Shown here piece after piece: positions 44,461 through 54,048 of a stretch of DNA of 64,000 nucleotides. The number at the start of each line of letters is the position of its first letter. Positions within the stretch are counted from its first letter, which is position 1. The notes below the pieces were generated by a model, which did no database searches, was not told the DNA's origin, and saw nothing but the letters and a program-made list of their open reading frames with translations. The position numbers were made by a program, and so were the translations under genes. Origin of the DNA: an uncultured Chloroflexia bacterium (GTDB taxonomy: Bacteria; Chloroflexota; Limnocylindria; Limnocylindrales; CSP1-4); the NCBI GenBank assembly GCA_963825545.1, contig CAWGTR010000006.1:223475-287474 (forward strand), given 5' to 3'.

Positions 44461-45579
44461 CTAGGACGTCGTCCGGACGGGCATGACGACGTGGGTGTAG
44501 GTGTCGTCGCCGACCGGCCGGAACACCCCGGGCGACAGCGGCCCGTTGAGCTCGAGTGCGAACTGGTCGACGGTCACGTTCTGGAGCACGTCGACGAGAT
44601 AGCGCGCGTTGAACGCGATCGTGGTCCCGTCGCCCTCGACGGTCGCTTCGACCCGACCCTCGTTGTCGCCCACCTCGGCCGCGGCGGTCACGATCACGCC
44701 GGCCTCGCCGTCAACCCCGACCCCGAGCTTGACGATGTTCGCCGCCGCGCTGGCGATCAGGGCGGCCAGGCGGACGGCCTTCAGCAGCTCCTCACGATCG
44801 AGCACCGACCGGGTGGTATGGCTCTTCGGCAGGACCTGCTCGTAGTTCGGGAACTGGCCGTCGATGAGCCGGCTGACGAGGTCGATGCCCTCGAGATGGA
44901 ACAGGATCTGGTTCTTGCTCGGCGCGAGGACGATGTCGACCGGGTCGTCGACGTCCGCGAGCACCCGGCTCAGCTCGTTGAGCGACCGGGCCGGAACGAC
45001 GATGCTCGTCTCCTCGACCGGATCGAGCGTCTGGACCGTCTTGACCGCGATCCGGTAGTTGTCCGCCGCGGCAAGAGTCAGCACGTCGCCCTCGAACCGG
45101 CAGAGGACCCCGGTCAGGATCGGCCGCGCCTCGTCGCTCGCGGCGGCGAATGTCGTCTCGTTGAGGGCGTCGCGGAGCAGCTTCTGGGGGATCCGCGTCG
45201 TCGGCCGCTCACCGGCGGTCGGGATCGCCGGGAACTCCTCCGCATCGATCCCCTTGACGTGAGTCTCGAACCGGCCCGAGCGGATCCGGAGCGTGTCGCC
45301 GGCCTGGAGCTCGAGATCGACCTTCTCCCCCGCCGGCAGCCCGGCGACGATGTCGGCGAGGAGCTTGGCCGGGACGGTGATCGCGCCGTCGACGTCAATC
45401 TTGCCGGGCACCCAGTAGGTGATCCCGATCTCGAGGTTCGTCGCGGTCAGCTTGAGACCTCCGTCCTCGGTCCGGATGAGGACATTTCCGAGGACCGGCA
45501 GGGTGCTGCGGGATGAGACGGCCCGGCTGACGATCGACAGGCCGCGGGCCAGGTTCTCCTGCATGACCGAGACGTTCAC
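44461..45579 (-). CDS. dnaN: DNA polymerase III beta sliding clamp
   Basis: 372 aa, GTG start; MNVSVMQENLARGLSIVSRAVSSRSTLPVLGNVLI... shows the three-domain DnaN pattern. Confidence 0.9.
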   Translation of the reverse strand: MNVSVMQENLARGLSIVSRAVSSRSTLPVLGNVLIRTEDGGLKLTATNLEIGITYWVPGKIDVDGAITVPAKLLADIVAGLPAGEKVDLELQAGDTLRIRSGRFETHVKGIDAEEFPAIPTAGERPTTRIPQKLLRDALNETTFAAASDEARPILTGVLCRFEGDVLTLAAADNYRIAVKTVQTLDPVEETSIVVPARSLNELSRVLADVDDPVDIVLAPSKNQILFHLEGIDLVSRLIDGQFPNYEQVLPKSHTTRSVLDREELLKAVRLAALIASAAANIVKLGVGVDGEAGVIVTAAAEVGDNEGRVEATVEGDGTTIAFNARYLVDVLQNVTVDQFALELNGPLSPGVFRPVGDDTYTHVVMPVRTTS

Positions 45580-46086
45580 GGGCGGTTCACTCCAGGGAGG
45601 CGAAGCTGGTCTCCGGCGGTACGGGCCGCGTCCCGGCGACCCGGCCGGTTCGGCCCTCGGGCCCGATCGATCGGTCCGTGGATCCTCGTTGGGAGATCCT
45701 TCCGTATCTTAGAACGTCATCATCACCATCATGCGGTGGACCGTGTGGATCGTCGTGCATGGCCGAGCGCGACGGAACGGTGCACACGCCCGCCCGATCG
45801 GTGGACGGCAGACTGTCCCGCGGTGGACGGGTCCGGGACGGCCGGTGGGCAAATCGGCGGGACGGCCGGTGGGCAAATCGGGGGCCGGCCGATCCGTCCA
45901 CCGCGACCGGCCGGACGTGCCCAACAACCGACGGGATTCGGCGGCGGCTTGTCCACAACGGCCGGTGCTTTTCCACCGAATCGCAGCCGTTATCCACAGG
46001 ATCGGGCCGAATGGTGCCTCGCCGCACCGGACCGCACCGCTCCCCACCAGCCCGAGACCGGCGTCCGCGATGCCCCGGCTGGGCCG
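45580..46086. other. probable chromosomal replication origin (oriC) in the dnaA-dnaN intergenic region
   Basis: 507-bp non-coding gap. Perfect DnaA boxes TTGTCCACA (~45949-57) and TTATCCACA (~45990-98), plus several degenerate boxes (CGGTGGACG x2, GTGGACC, TGTGGATCG, CCGTCCACC, TTTTCCACC). A relatively AT-rich stretch lies at ~45700-45740 (tatcttagaacgtcatcatcaccatcat). The dnaA-dnaN position is typical of actinobacterial oriC. Confidence 0.7.
45835..45881. repeat. tandem 23/24-bp direct repeat inside oriC
   Basis: GGGACGGCCGGTGGGCAAATCGG occurs twice with a 24-bp period. It is not a canonical DnaA box. Confidence 0.8.
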
Positions 46087-47448
46087 TCAGTCGGCGTAGA
46101 TCAGCTCGCGCACGGCGGCGATCTCGCGGCGCAGCTCGTCGTTGACGGCCGACTCGCGGTTGATCTTGTCGCAGGCGTGGAGCACGGTCGAATGGTCGCG
46201 CCCGCCGAGCTCGGCGCCGATCCGCAGGAGCGAGACGTCGGTCTCCTCTCGCATCAGGAACATCGCGATCTGGCGGGGCATGACGATCGCCTTGTCGCGC
46301 TTCTGGCCCTGCAGCGCGTCCATCGGCACCCCGTAGTAGTCGGCCACGACGCGGGCGATCCGCTCCGGCGTCACCTGGCGCTTCTTTGGGTTGTAGATCA
46401 CGTTCGCGAGCACCGCCTGGGCGAGCTCGATGCTGATCGGCACCGCGCTCATGCTCGCGTAGGCCACGATCCGGTTGAGCGCACCCTCGAGCTCGCGGAT
46501 GTTGCTGACCACTTTGCGGGCGATGAACTCGATCACGTCGGACGTGATCGGGACGGCTCCCTCCTCGGCCTTGGCCCGGAGGATCGCGATCCGCGTCTCG
46601 AGATCCGGTGCCGTCAGGTCCGCGATGAGGCCCCACTCGAACCGGCTGCGCAGCCGCTCCTCGAGGGTGACGATCTGCTTCGGCGGCCGGTCGCTCGACA
46701 GGACGATCTGCTTGCCGTCCTCGTGGATCGCATTGAAGGTGTGGAAGAACTCTTCCTGCGTCCGCTCCTTGTCGGCGATGAACTGGATGTCGTCGATGAG
46801 GAGCAGGTCGATCCGCCGGTAGCGCGATCGGAACTCGTCGATCTTGCCCTGCTGGATCGAGGTGATGAACTCGTTGGTGAACTTCTCCGACGTCGCGTAC
46901 ACGACCTTCTTGCGCGGGAACTTGGCGATCACCTGGTTGCCGATCGCATGCATCAGGTGGGTCTTGCCGAGACCGACCCCGCCGTACAGGAAGAGCGGGT
47001 TGTAGGCGTGCCCCGGACGCTCCGCGACCGACAGGCTCGCGGCGTGGGCGAGCCGGTTGGCCGACCCGACGATGAAGTTCGCGAACGTGTACCGGGGATT
47101 GAGGTTCGATGCGCCGCCCTCGCCGCCGACGCGGGTCGGCTCGAGGCGAACCTGCTGGCCGGCCGCGGCGCCGGGATCGACCGCCTTGACGGCCTCCGGC
47201 GGGCTCGAGCGGACGACGAACTCGACCTGGACGCTGTAGCCCACGATCCGGGCGAGCGTCTGCGAGATCAGGGAGCGGTAGCGAGTGTCAAGCCAGTCCT
47301 TGGCGAACCCGTTGGGGACCGAGATCCGAAAGCGATTGTCATCGACGTCGACCAGCTGGGTCTCGCGAAGCCAGGTCTCGAAGTTCGCCGGCGAGAGGGC
47401 GACCTGCAACTCGCCGAGGGCGGCACGCCAGACTTGCTTCGCGTCCAT
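46087..47448 (-). CDS. dnaA: chromosomal replication initiator DnaA
   Basis: 453 aa from MDAKQVWRAALGELQ...; AAA+ motifs LFLYGGVGLGKTHLMHAIGN, IDLLLIDDIQF; the C-terminal DNA-binding helix-turn-helix is present. The track's upstream ATG (47847) adds an Arg/Pro-rich non-coding extension. Confidence 0.9.
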   Translation of the reverse strand: MDAKQVWRAALGELQVALSPANFETWLRETQLVDVDDNRFRISVPNGFAKDWLDTRYRSLISQTLARIVGYSVQVEFVVRSSPPEAVKAVDPGAAAGQQVRLEPTRVGGEGGASNLNPRYTFANFIVGSANRLAHAASLSVAERPGHAYNPLFLYGGVGLGKTHLMHAIGNQVIAKFPRKKVVYATSEKFTNEFITSIQQGKIDEFRSRYRRIDLLLIDDIQFIADKERTQEEFFHTFNAIHEDGKQIVLSSDRPPKQIVTLEERLRSRFEWGLIADLTAPDLETRIAILRAKAEEGAVPITSDVIEFIARKVVSNIRELEGALNRIVAYASMSAVPISIELAQAVLANVIYNPKKRQVTPERIARVVADYYGVPMDALQGQKRDKAIVMPRQIAMFLMREETDVSLLRIGAELGGRDHSTVLHACDKINRESAVNDELRREIAAVRELIYAD

Positions 47449-47820
47449 CGATCGGGTCTGACCTGTTGGCTGTCGGGGTGGCGATGGGTAATGGTCGGCC
47501 AGGGGCGCGGGCTCGGGGGAACCGTGGCGTGGGCTCGTTCGGCGCGCTCTGCAGGCCGGCGGCGGTCCGCTCCAGGGGCTCCTCGGAGGGTCTTCCAGAG
47601 GCTGCCACCGACCTTCCCGGCGCCGGGGGCCCGCGAAGGATAGCACCGGCCGGAGGAGGCTCGCAAGGCGTTCCGGCGCGATTCGCCAGATACTCCCCAG
47701 GGGTATCCGTGCGTGGCCGCCCCGACGGCCCCGACGGGTCCGACCGGGGTCGCCTCGCCGGTCGACGCCAGTCTCGCCGAAACGCGGCACGCAGGCCGGC
47801 GCCGGCGCATCCGACCTCGT

Positions 47821-47850
47821 TTGACACCCCCTTCGCGACCGCCCCATAAT
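47821..47850 (+). promoter_or_regulatory. sigma70-like promoter upstream of rpmH (TTGACA-18 nt-CATAAT)
   Basis: TTGACA at 47821-26; CATAAT at 47845-50; about 110 nt upstream of the rpmH ATG. Confidence 0.45.
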
Positions 47851-47964
47851 CGCGGGAACGTCGACGCGCCCTGCGCTCTCGAGCGCCAGGCGCGTTTACG
47901 TGCCTTTCGGGGGTCGAGAACGGTCGCCCCAGAGGCCGGATGGAGAGGATCGCGCACAGCCCCG

Positions 47965-48099
47965 ATGAAGCAGACCTACCAGCCCAAGAAGCGCCATCGC
48001 GCCAAGGAGCACGGCTTTCGCGCCCGGATGAAGACCACCGGGGGCCGGCGCATCCTGGCCGCTCGCCGCGCGCGCGGTCGCAAACGGCTGACGGTCTGA
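47965..48099 (+). CDS. rpmH: 50S ribosomal protein L34
   Basis: [44 protein letters not shown] is a near-consensus L34. Confidence 0.9.
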   Translation: MKQTYQPKKRHRAKEHGFRARMKTTGGRRILAARRARGRKRLTV

Positions 48100-48131
48100 C
48101 GAGCGAACGCGGGGCCCCGGCGCCGCGGCTC

Positions 48132-48470
48132 GTGATGCTCTCTCGCCCGAAGGATTTCCGAGCCGTCCAGGGGGACGGGACCCCACGGTCCCATCCGCTC
48201 CTCGCAGCCCGGTTCCTGAGGACCGACCTCGAGACGACCAGGATCGGCCTGTCGACCGGTCGGAAGCTCGGCGGCGCCGTCGTGCGCAACCGGGTCCGCC
48301 GCCGACTCCGGGAGGTGCTCAGGGCGATGGCGCCCTCGTTCCGGCCCGGCTGGGACGTCCTGATCATCGCCCGCCCGGCGGTCGTGGAGGCGAGCCACGA
48401 CGAGATGGCCGAGGCGGTTCGGCGGCTCCTCCTCCGCGGGGGAGTGCTGGGAGGACCGACGACCGCGTGA
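48132..48470 (+). CDS. rnpA: ribonuclease P protein component
   Basis: (V)[28 protein letters not shown]...[26 protein letters not shown] is the RnpA RNR motif region. Start is GTG 48132 or ATG 48135. Confidence 0.75.
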   Translation: MMLSRPKDFRAVQGDGTPRSHPLLAARFLRTDLETTRIGLSTGRKLGGAVVRNRVRRRLREVLRAMAPSFRPGWDVLIIARPAVVEASHDEMAEAVRRLLLRGGVLGGPTTA

Positions 48471-48673
48471 AGACGCTCGGGATCGGCTTGATCAAGCTCT
48501 ATCGGATCGTCTTCTTCTGGCTGCCCTCGAGCTGTCGCTTCGAGCCCACCTGCTCGCGCTACACCGAGCAGGCGATCGCGAAGTACGGCCTGTTCCGTGG
48601 GAGCTGGATGGGCGCCCGCCGGATCGCCCGGTGTCATCCATGGAACCCGGGCGGCTATGACCCGGTCCGCTAG
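48467..48673 (+). CDS. yidD: membrane protein insertion efficiency factor YidD
   Basis: [60 protein letters not shown] is canonical YidD. The GTG overlaps the rnpA stop. Confidence 0.8.
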   Translation: MKTLGIGLIKLYRIVFFWLPSSCRFEPTCSRYTEQAIAKYGLFRGSWMGARRIARCHPWNPGGYDPVR

Positions 48674-49910
48674 CGCGGAGACCGCGCCACGGCACCGCGG
48701 GCGGGTCCGGCCGTGGGTCGTCCCGCTGTTCCTGCTCGGCCTGCTCCTGGCCGCCCTGTCGGCCTGTGCCCCGATCACGGTCACGCCGCCGGCGGCGACC
48801 GCGCCAGCGGCGTCGGCAGCGGCCTCCGGCGCGGCGGCTCCGAGCGCCTCCCCGTCGGTCAAGGCGAGCCCGACGCTCAACCCGGCGGCGGTCCCGTTGG
48901 AGCCGGCGAAGCCCGGCACGGACCCGTTCTCGACGATCGCCTGGCTGTTCACCCCGGTCTTCCAGACCCTCTTCATCACCCTCGTGTTCTTCGAGCAGGC
49001 AACCGGCAGCATCATCCTTGGGATCGTCATCACGACCCTGCTGGTCCGGATCCTGCTGATCCCGCTCTACCGCCGCCAGATCGTGTCCCAGAAGCGGATG
49101 CAGCTGCTGGCGCCCGAGCTCAAGGAGATCCAGCGCCGCTACAAGGGCGACCGGGTCAAGGTCCAGCAGGCCACCGCGGACTTCTACAAGGAGCGGGGAG
49201 TCAACCCGGCGTCCGGCTGTCTGCCGCTGATCCTCCAGTTCGTCCTGCTCATCCCGATGTACACGGTCTTCCGGGACGGACTCCAGAACTTCAACCCGAA
49301 CGCGATGCTCAACGTGTTCGGGGTCCAGCTGATCACCCTGCCGTGCTCCCCCGTGCCGCTCTACACGGCCGCCGGCCAGGTGATCCCGTGCATCAACTCG
49401 ACGGTCTTCGGGATCGACCTCAGCCAGCCGAGCGTTCTGTTCACGACGCCGATCATCGGCATCGGGATCTCGGTCCTGGCGATCTTCTCGGCCCTCCTCC
49501 AGCTCGTCCAGTCGCGGATGACCCTGCCGCCGGCCGGGGCGGTCAGCGACGACCAGAACACCCGGATCCAGCGCCAGACGATGCTGTTCGTCCCGCTCAT
49601 CTCGATCTTCTACGGGGGCTTCCTGCCCGCCGGCCTGTTCGTCTACTGGATCACCTCGACGATCTTCTCGATCGTCCAGCAGTACTTGATCCTCGGCTGG
49701 GGCGGCATGTTCCCCATCTTCGGCTGGTACCCGTCGTTTGCCCGGGACCACACCCCGCGCTTCCCGGTCGCCGTCCCGGCGCCCGATCCAACGAAGCGAG
49801 CACCCACCTCGGTGCTCACCAATACCGACGAGCGAGCCGCCCGAGCGGCCTCGACCGTCCGACCCCGCGAGCGCAGCGGCCGCACGAGCCGCCGAGGGAG
49901 ACGACGCTGA
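48657..49910 (+). CDS. yidC: membrane protein insertase YidC/Oxa1 family
   Basis: Signal-anchor, then ...[66 protein letters not shown]... is the YidC core. Confidence 0.85.
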   Translation: MTRSASAETAPRHRGRVRPWVVPLFLLGLLLAALSACAPITVTPPAATAPAASAAASGAAAPSASPSVKASPTLNPAAVPLEPAKPGTDPFSTIAWLFTPVFQTLFITLVFFEQATGSIILGIVITTLLVRILLIPLYRRQIVSQKRMQLLAPELKEIQRRYKGDRVKVQQATADFYKERGVNPASGCLPLILQFVLLIPMYTVFRDGLQNFNPNAMLNVFGVQLITLPCSPVPLYTAAGQVIPCINSTVFGIDLSQPSVLFTTPIIGIGISVLAIFSALLQLVQSRMTLPPAGAVSDDQNTRIQRQTMLFVPLISIFYGGFLPAGLFVYWITSTIFSIVQQYLILGWGGMFPIFGWYPSFARDHTPRFPVAVPAPDPTKRAPTSVLTNTDERAARAASTVRPRERSGRTSRRGRRR

Positions 49911-49911
49911 C

Positions 49912-50882
49912 ATGAGTGCCTATCAGGAATTCACCGGCAAGACCGTCGAGGAGGCTCTTCGCAACGCCCGCGAGGCGTTCTCGGTCGGGCTCGACGATCT
50001 CGACTTCGAGATCATGACCCCGGGCAGCCGGGGCGTCCTCGGCATGGGCGCGGAGCCTGCCCGCATCGTGGCCGCGCCGCGCAACGCGCTCGGCGGCGCC
50101 GCGCCGAAGCGCGAGGCGGCCGCCTCCGCACCGCTGCCACCGCCGACCCACGAGGACCGGCCACCGCGCCAGGACGACCGGCCGCCCCGGCGTGACGACC
50201 GGCCACCGCGTCGGGACGCCGAGCGGAGCCAGGCCCCGGCCGACCGGCCACCGCGGCCCGACGACCGGCCACCCCGGCGTGACGATCGGCCACCCCGGCG
50301 TGACGACCGACCGCGTCGTCCGAGCTCCGGCGACCTGACCGAGCGCGACCGGGCCGAGCTGGCCGCCGCCCGCGGCTCGGTCGCCTCCGAGCGCGCGGAG
50401 CTCGATGCGGCCGAGGCTTCCCCGAGGCGCTCGCGGCCGGGAAGGAGATCCTCGAGAAGCTGATGGAGCTGCTCGAGTTCGACGTCCGGGTCGAGGTCCA
50501 GACCGGCGAGACGAGCCGGCTGAACGTCGTCGGCGATGAGAGCGAGAAGGAGGCGCTCGGCGCCCTGATCGGTCGCAAGGGGGAGCGCCTGTCAGCGCTC
50601 CAGCACCTCGTCAACCTGATGCTGTCACGGCGGATGGGCGACTGGACCCGCGTCCTGGTCGACGTCGAGGACTACCGCGGCCGGCGGGAGCGCCAGCTGG
50701 TCGAGATCGCTCGGCGCGCCGCCGAGCGCGTCGTCGAGACCGGCAAGATGCTCCAGCTGGAGCCGATGTCGGCGCTCGAGCGCCGCTGGATCCACATCGC
50801 CCTGCGCGACCATCCCGATGTCGTGACCCAGTCGATCGGCGAGGAGCCAAACCGCCGCATCGTCGTCCTCCCGCGCGCCTGA
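49912..50882 (+). CDS. jag: Jag/KhpB (R3H RNA-binding protein) with an apparent -1 frameshift near nt 50425-50435
   Basis: Jag-N domain MSAYQEFTGKTVEEALRNAREAFSVGLDDLDFEIMTPGSRGVLGMGAEPARIV plus a DRPPRRDD repeat linker in frame 1. The KH/R3H part ...FPEALAAGKEILEKLMELLEFDVRVEV...ERRWIHIALRDHPDVVTQSIGEEPNRRIVV is in frame 0. The switch occurs at a C4 run (gcttccccgagg). Confidence 0.7.
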
Positions 50883-50982
50883 CACACCCGCCCATGCTCG
50901 CGCGTCTTGCCACCGTCCCAGCGACTGGGAGAACCGTACCGCTGGAATTGGCGAAACTTGCTGGTAGGATGACGCACGCATC

Positions 50983-52827
50983 ATGACCACGACGACCGAG
51001 ACCCAGCTCGTTGAAAGTGGAGTCAGCGTCGCATCGCGCCGCTGGCGGTTCGGCCGCGTCCTGATCGCGTTCGTGATCGGGTTCCTCCTGGTCGCGGTCG
51101 CGGCCGGCGGCTCCATCCTCGCGTACGAGCAGAACTACACGGGCAAGGTGGCCGCCGGGGTGTCGATCGGGGGGGTCGACGTCTCCGGGCTGACCCGCCA
51201 GGACGCGGCGGCCAAGCTCCAGGCGGCCTTCGCATCGGTCGGTACCGGCACCGTCACGCTCGACACGCCGATCGGAGCGAAGACCCTGACCTATGCCCAG
51301 CTCGGACGCCGCCCGGACATCGACGGGATGCTCGACGAGGCGTTCGCGGTCGGCCGGACGGGCAACCCGGTCGAGCGCGTGGTGGAGGAAGCGCGAACGG
51401 CCGTCAACCGGTCGACCGTCGCGCCGCGCGTCGCGATCGACACCGATGTGCTCCAGGCGGCCATCGCCGGGCTCGCGACCTCGATCGACCGCGCGCCAAC
51501 GTCCGCCATCGTGACCCCGAGCCCGACCGGCCTGGCCGACACGGCGGCGGTCTGGGGTCGGACGGTCGACGTGACGGCGATGACGAGCTCGATCTCGGCG
51601 GCGCTCGCCGCCCCGGATGCGCCGAGCACGCTGTCGATCCCGCTGGCCGTCGAACCCGTGGCACCGGCCGTCACCGACGTCGACGCGATGATCGCCCAGT
51701 CGCGGGCCAACCGGATGGTCGCCCCGATCGTCCTCAACCACGGCAAGGACAAGTGGACCATCGCCGACAAGACCGTCCGCACATGGCTGACCTTCGGGAG
51801 CTGGCCCGACGGGAGCTACGGGCCGCTCGTCGATCCGACCAAGGTCCAGGCCGCGGTCGCCGCACTGTCGACGAAGATCGACCAAAAGGCCGTCTCGGCG
51901 ACGTTCTACACGAGCAAGGGCGGATCGGTGGTCGGGGTGAAGCCCGCCAAGACCGGCCGCAAGCTCGACGTCCCCGGCACGGTGACTGCGATCCAGGCAC
52001 TGCTGAACGATCGCGCTGGAGCCGGCAAGGAACCGTCCGCGCCGATCGTTCCCGCGCTGGCCGTACTCCAGCCGCAGCTGACCACCGACCAGGCGGCCAA
52101 GGCCGCACCGCTCATGAGGGCGATCTCCTCGTGGACCACGTACTACGCGGTCGGCGCCCACAACGGCTTCGCCGCGAACATCACGATCCCGTCGATGGCC
52201 ATCAACGGCACGGTCGTCGCCCCCGGCCAGTGGTTCAGCTACTGGAAGACCGTCGGTGAGGTCAGCCTTGCCAAGGGCTACAAGCTCGGCGGCGCGATCA
52301 TCGACGGCCACTCGGTGGAGGGCAAGTCGATCGGCGGCGGGATCTGCTCCTCGTCGACCACGCTGTTCAACGCGGCCCTGCGGGCCGGCCTCCAGATGGG
52401 CGCCCGGAAGAACCACTACTACTACATCTCGCGCTATCCGAAGGGCCTCGACGCCACGGTCTTCAAGAGCGACGGCGGCGGCGCCCAGGACATGACGTTC
52501 CGCAACGACACGAAGTACCCGATCCTCATCCGGACCTACGCCCGGCCGGGCATCGTCCGGTTCACGGTCTTCAGCGTTCCGACGGGCCGGCGGGTCACGT
52601 TCAGCCGGCCGATCGTGAAGAACTACAAGCCGGGCTACACGGTCACGAAGTACGTCACCTCGCTCAGGCCGGGCGTGCACGAGCAGGTCGAGTACCAGGC
52701 GGACGGCCAGGATGTGTGGGTGACCCGCTTCGTCAAGGACAGGACGGGCAAGCTCATCCACAAGGAGACGTTCTACAGCCACTACGCCCAGATGATCGGC
52801 GTCGTCCTGATCGGGCGGAGGAACTGA
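50983..52827 (+). CDS. VanW-family protein (membrane-anchored, with N-terminal PG-binding-like repeats)
   Basis: N-terminal TM. C-terminal VanW core ...GQWFSYWKTVGEVSLAKGYKLGGAIIDGHSVEGKSIGGGICSSSTTLFNAALRAGL... Confidence 0.65.
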   Translation: MTTTTETQLVESGVSVASRRWRFGRVLIAFVIGFLLVAVAAGGSILAYEQNYTGKVAAGVSIGGVDVSGLTRQDAAAKLQAAFASVGTGTVTLDTPIGAKTLTYAQLGRRPDIDGMLDEAFAVGRTGNPVERVVEEARTAVNRSTVAPRVAIDTDVLQAAIAGLATSIDRAPTSAIVTPSPTGLADTAAVWGRTVDVTAMTSSISAALAAPDAPSTLSIPLAVEPVAPAVTDVDAMIAQSRANRMVAPIVLNHGKDKWTIADKTVRTWLTFGSWPDGSYGPLVDPTKVQAAVAALSTKIDQKAVSATFYTSKGGSVVGVKPAKTGRKLDVPGTVTAIQALLNDRAGAGKEPSAPIVPALAVLQPQLTTDQAAKAAPLMRAISSWTTYYAVGAHNGFAANITIPSMAINGTVVAPGQWFSYWKTVGEVSLAKGYKLGGAIIDGHSVEGKSIGGGICSSSTTLFNAALRAGLQMGARKNHYYYISRYPKGLDATVFKSDGGGAQDMTFRNDTKYPILIRTYARPGIVRFTVFSVPTGRRVTFSRPIVKNYKPGYTVTKYVTSLRPGVHEQVEYQADGQDVWVTRFVKDRTGKLIHKETFYSHYAQMIGVVLIGRRN

Positions 52828-53047
52828 GCCCCGGCCGGCCACCCGCCGGCCCGCCTGTCGTCGACGCCCTCCCATCCGCGCCCGCATTCGGATGCCTGCG
52901 ACCCGCATCGCCTGCGCGGTCGGTCCCTGCCGGGACGGTCCGATCGGCTCTGGTGGGCCCAGGTCGGTCCGGGCATCGTGACCTCGTCGACGCCAGCGGC
53001 GGATTCGAGCCGGGTCGATCGGCTGCTCGCGGGAAGGAAGGTCGCAG

Positions 53048-53545
53048 ATGAAGGTGCTGGTCAGCGCCGCCTCGAAGCACGGTGCCACCCTCGGGATCGC
53101 CGACGCGATCAGCCGCGGTCTCGCCAGGGGGGACATCGAGGCCGAGATCGTGGCACCCGACGACGTACGCAGCCTCAAGGGCTACGACGCCGTGGTCATC
53201 GGGAGTGCCGTGTACGCGGGTCGCTGGATGGATGACGCCAAGCGGCTGGTCGACCGCGAGGCCGCGGCGCTGAAGGAGCTCCCGGTCTGGATCTTCTCGA
53301 GCGGGCCGATCGGGGATCCGCCCAAGCCCGAGGAGGAGCCGGTCGACGTCGAAGCGATCCGGGTGGCGATCCGTCCGCGTGACCACCGCATGTTCGCGGG
53401 GCTGCTCGACAAGAGCCGGCTCGGCTTCGGCGAGCGCGCGATCGTGAAGGTCGTGCGGGCCGAGGAGGGCGACTACCGCCCCTGGGCGGACGTCGAGGCG
53501 TGGGTCGCCGGGATCGCCGAGGCGCTCAAGGCGCCGGTCGCCTAG
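53048..53545 (+). CDS. flavodoxin-like fold protein
   Basis: MKVLVSAASKHGATLGIADAISRGL...YDAVVIGSAVYAGRW...LPVWIFSSGPIG is the flavodoxin/NQR-type FMN-binding pattern. Confidence 0.6.
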   Translation: MKVLVSAASKHGATLGIADAISRGLARGDIEAEIVAPDDVRSLKGYDAVVIGSAVYAGRWMDDAKRLVDREAAALKELPVWIFSSGPIGDPPKPEEEPVDVEAIRVAIRPRDHRMFAGLLDKSRLGFGERAIVKVVRAEEGDYRPWADVEAWVAGIAEALKAPVA

Positions 53546-53606
53546 CCCGCGCCCGGTCTGAGCCGGCAACCCGGGGCGGCGCTACGCGAGCGCACGCCGG
53601 ATCGGT

Positions 53607-53980
53607 TGGTGGAGATGGGGGAGAGTCGAACTCCCCGTCCAGAACCCGTCGCCCGGGACCACTACGAGCGTGTCCGATGGTTTGTCGTCGACCGCCCGAG
53701 CGCCCATCGGCAGGCTACCGGACGGTCCAGTCACGTGTCCCTAGATCGGGCTTGGTCCGACGTTACGCGACGCTTGCGCCGGCTGCATCCTCGCTGAATG
53801 ACGCTTCCACAGCCCGCGAGGAGGAGGCTGCTTCCACGCTCACCTTACCGCCTAAGCGGCGAGGGCGAGAGTCGACTGGCGGTTGCCAGGTACTTCGTTT
53901 TGCCGCCTGTTTAACGAGGCCTGACGGCACCTCGGCTCGCACTCCCGGGTAGCTGGACCCTGTCGAATCCACGCATCCCC
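53607..53980 (-). ncRNA. ssrA: tmRNA (SsrA)
   Basis: RNA 5' end GGGGATGCGTGGATTCGACAGGG... and 3' end ...GGACGGGGAGTTCGACTCTCCCCCATCTCCACCA (T-arm plus CCA; acceptor stem GGGGATG/CATCTCC pairs). Internal tag ORF ...CAA AAC GAA GTA CCT GGC AAC CGC CAG TCG ACT CTC GCC CTC GCC GCT TAG encodes ...NEVPGNRQSTLALAA*. smpB lies immediately upstream on the same strand. End coordinates +/-2 nt. Confidence 0.85.
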
Positions 53981-53988
53981 GTTCCCCC

Positions 53989-54017
53989 AGTGTAGCGTGG
54001 CCGCCTCGTTCGGCCAA
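53989..54017 (-). promoter_or_regulatory. sigma70-like promoter for ssrA (TTGGCC-17 nt-TACACT, +1 ~7 nt downstream at the tmRNA 5' G)
   Basis: Reverse complement of 53981-54020 reads ...aTTGGCCgaacgaggcggccacgcTACACTgggggaac|GGGG. Confidence 0.45.
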
Positions 54018-54048
54018 TCTGCCCGCCCGTGGACGCCGCCGCGGTGCG

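Noticed and set aside
45835-45881. Possible CRISPR-like repeat
   Set aside because: Only two direct copies with a 1-nt spacer, located inside oriC, and no cas genes. Treated as a tandem repeat or protein-binding site.
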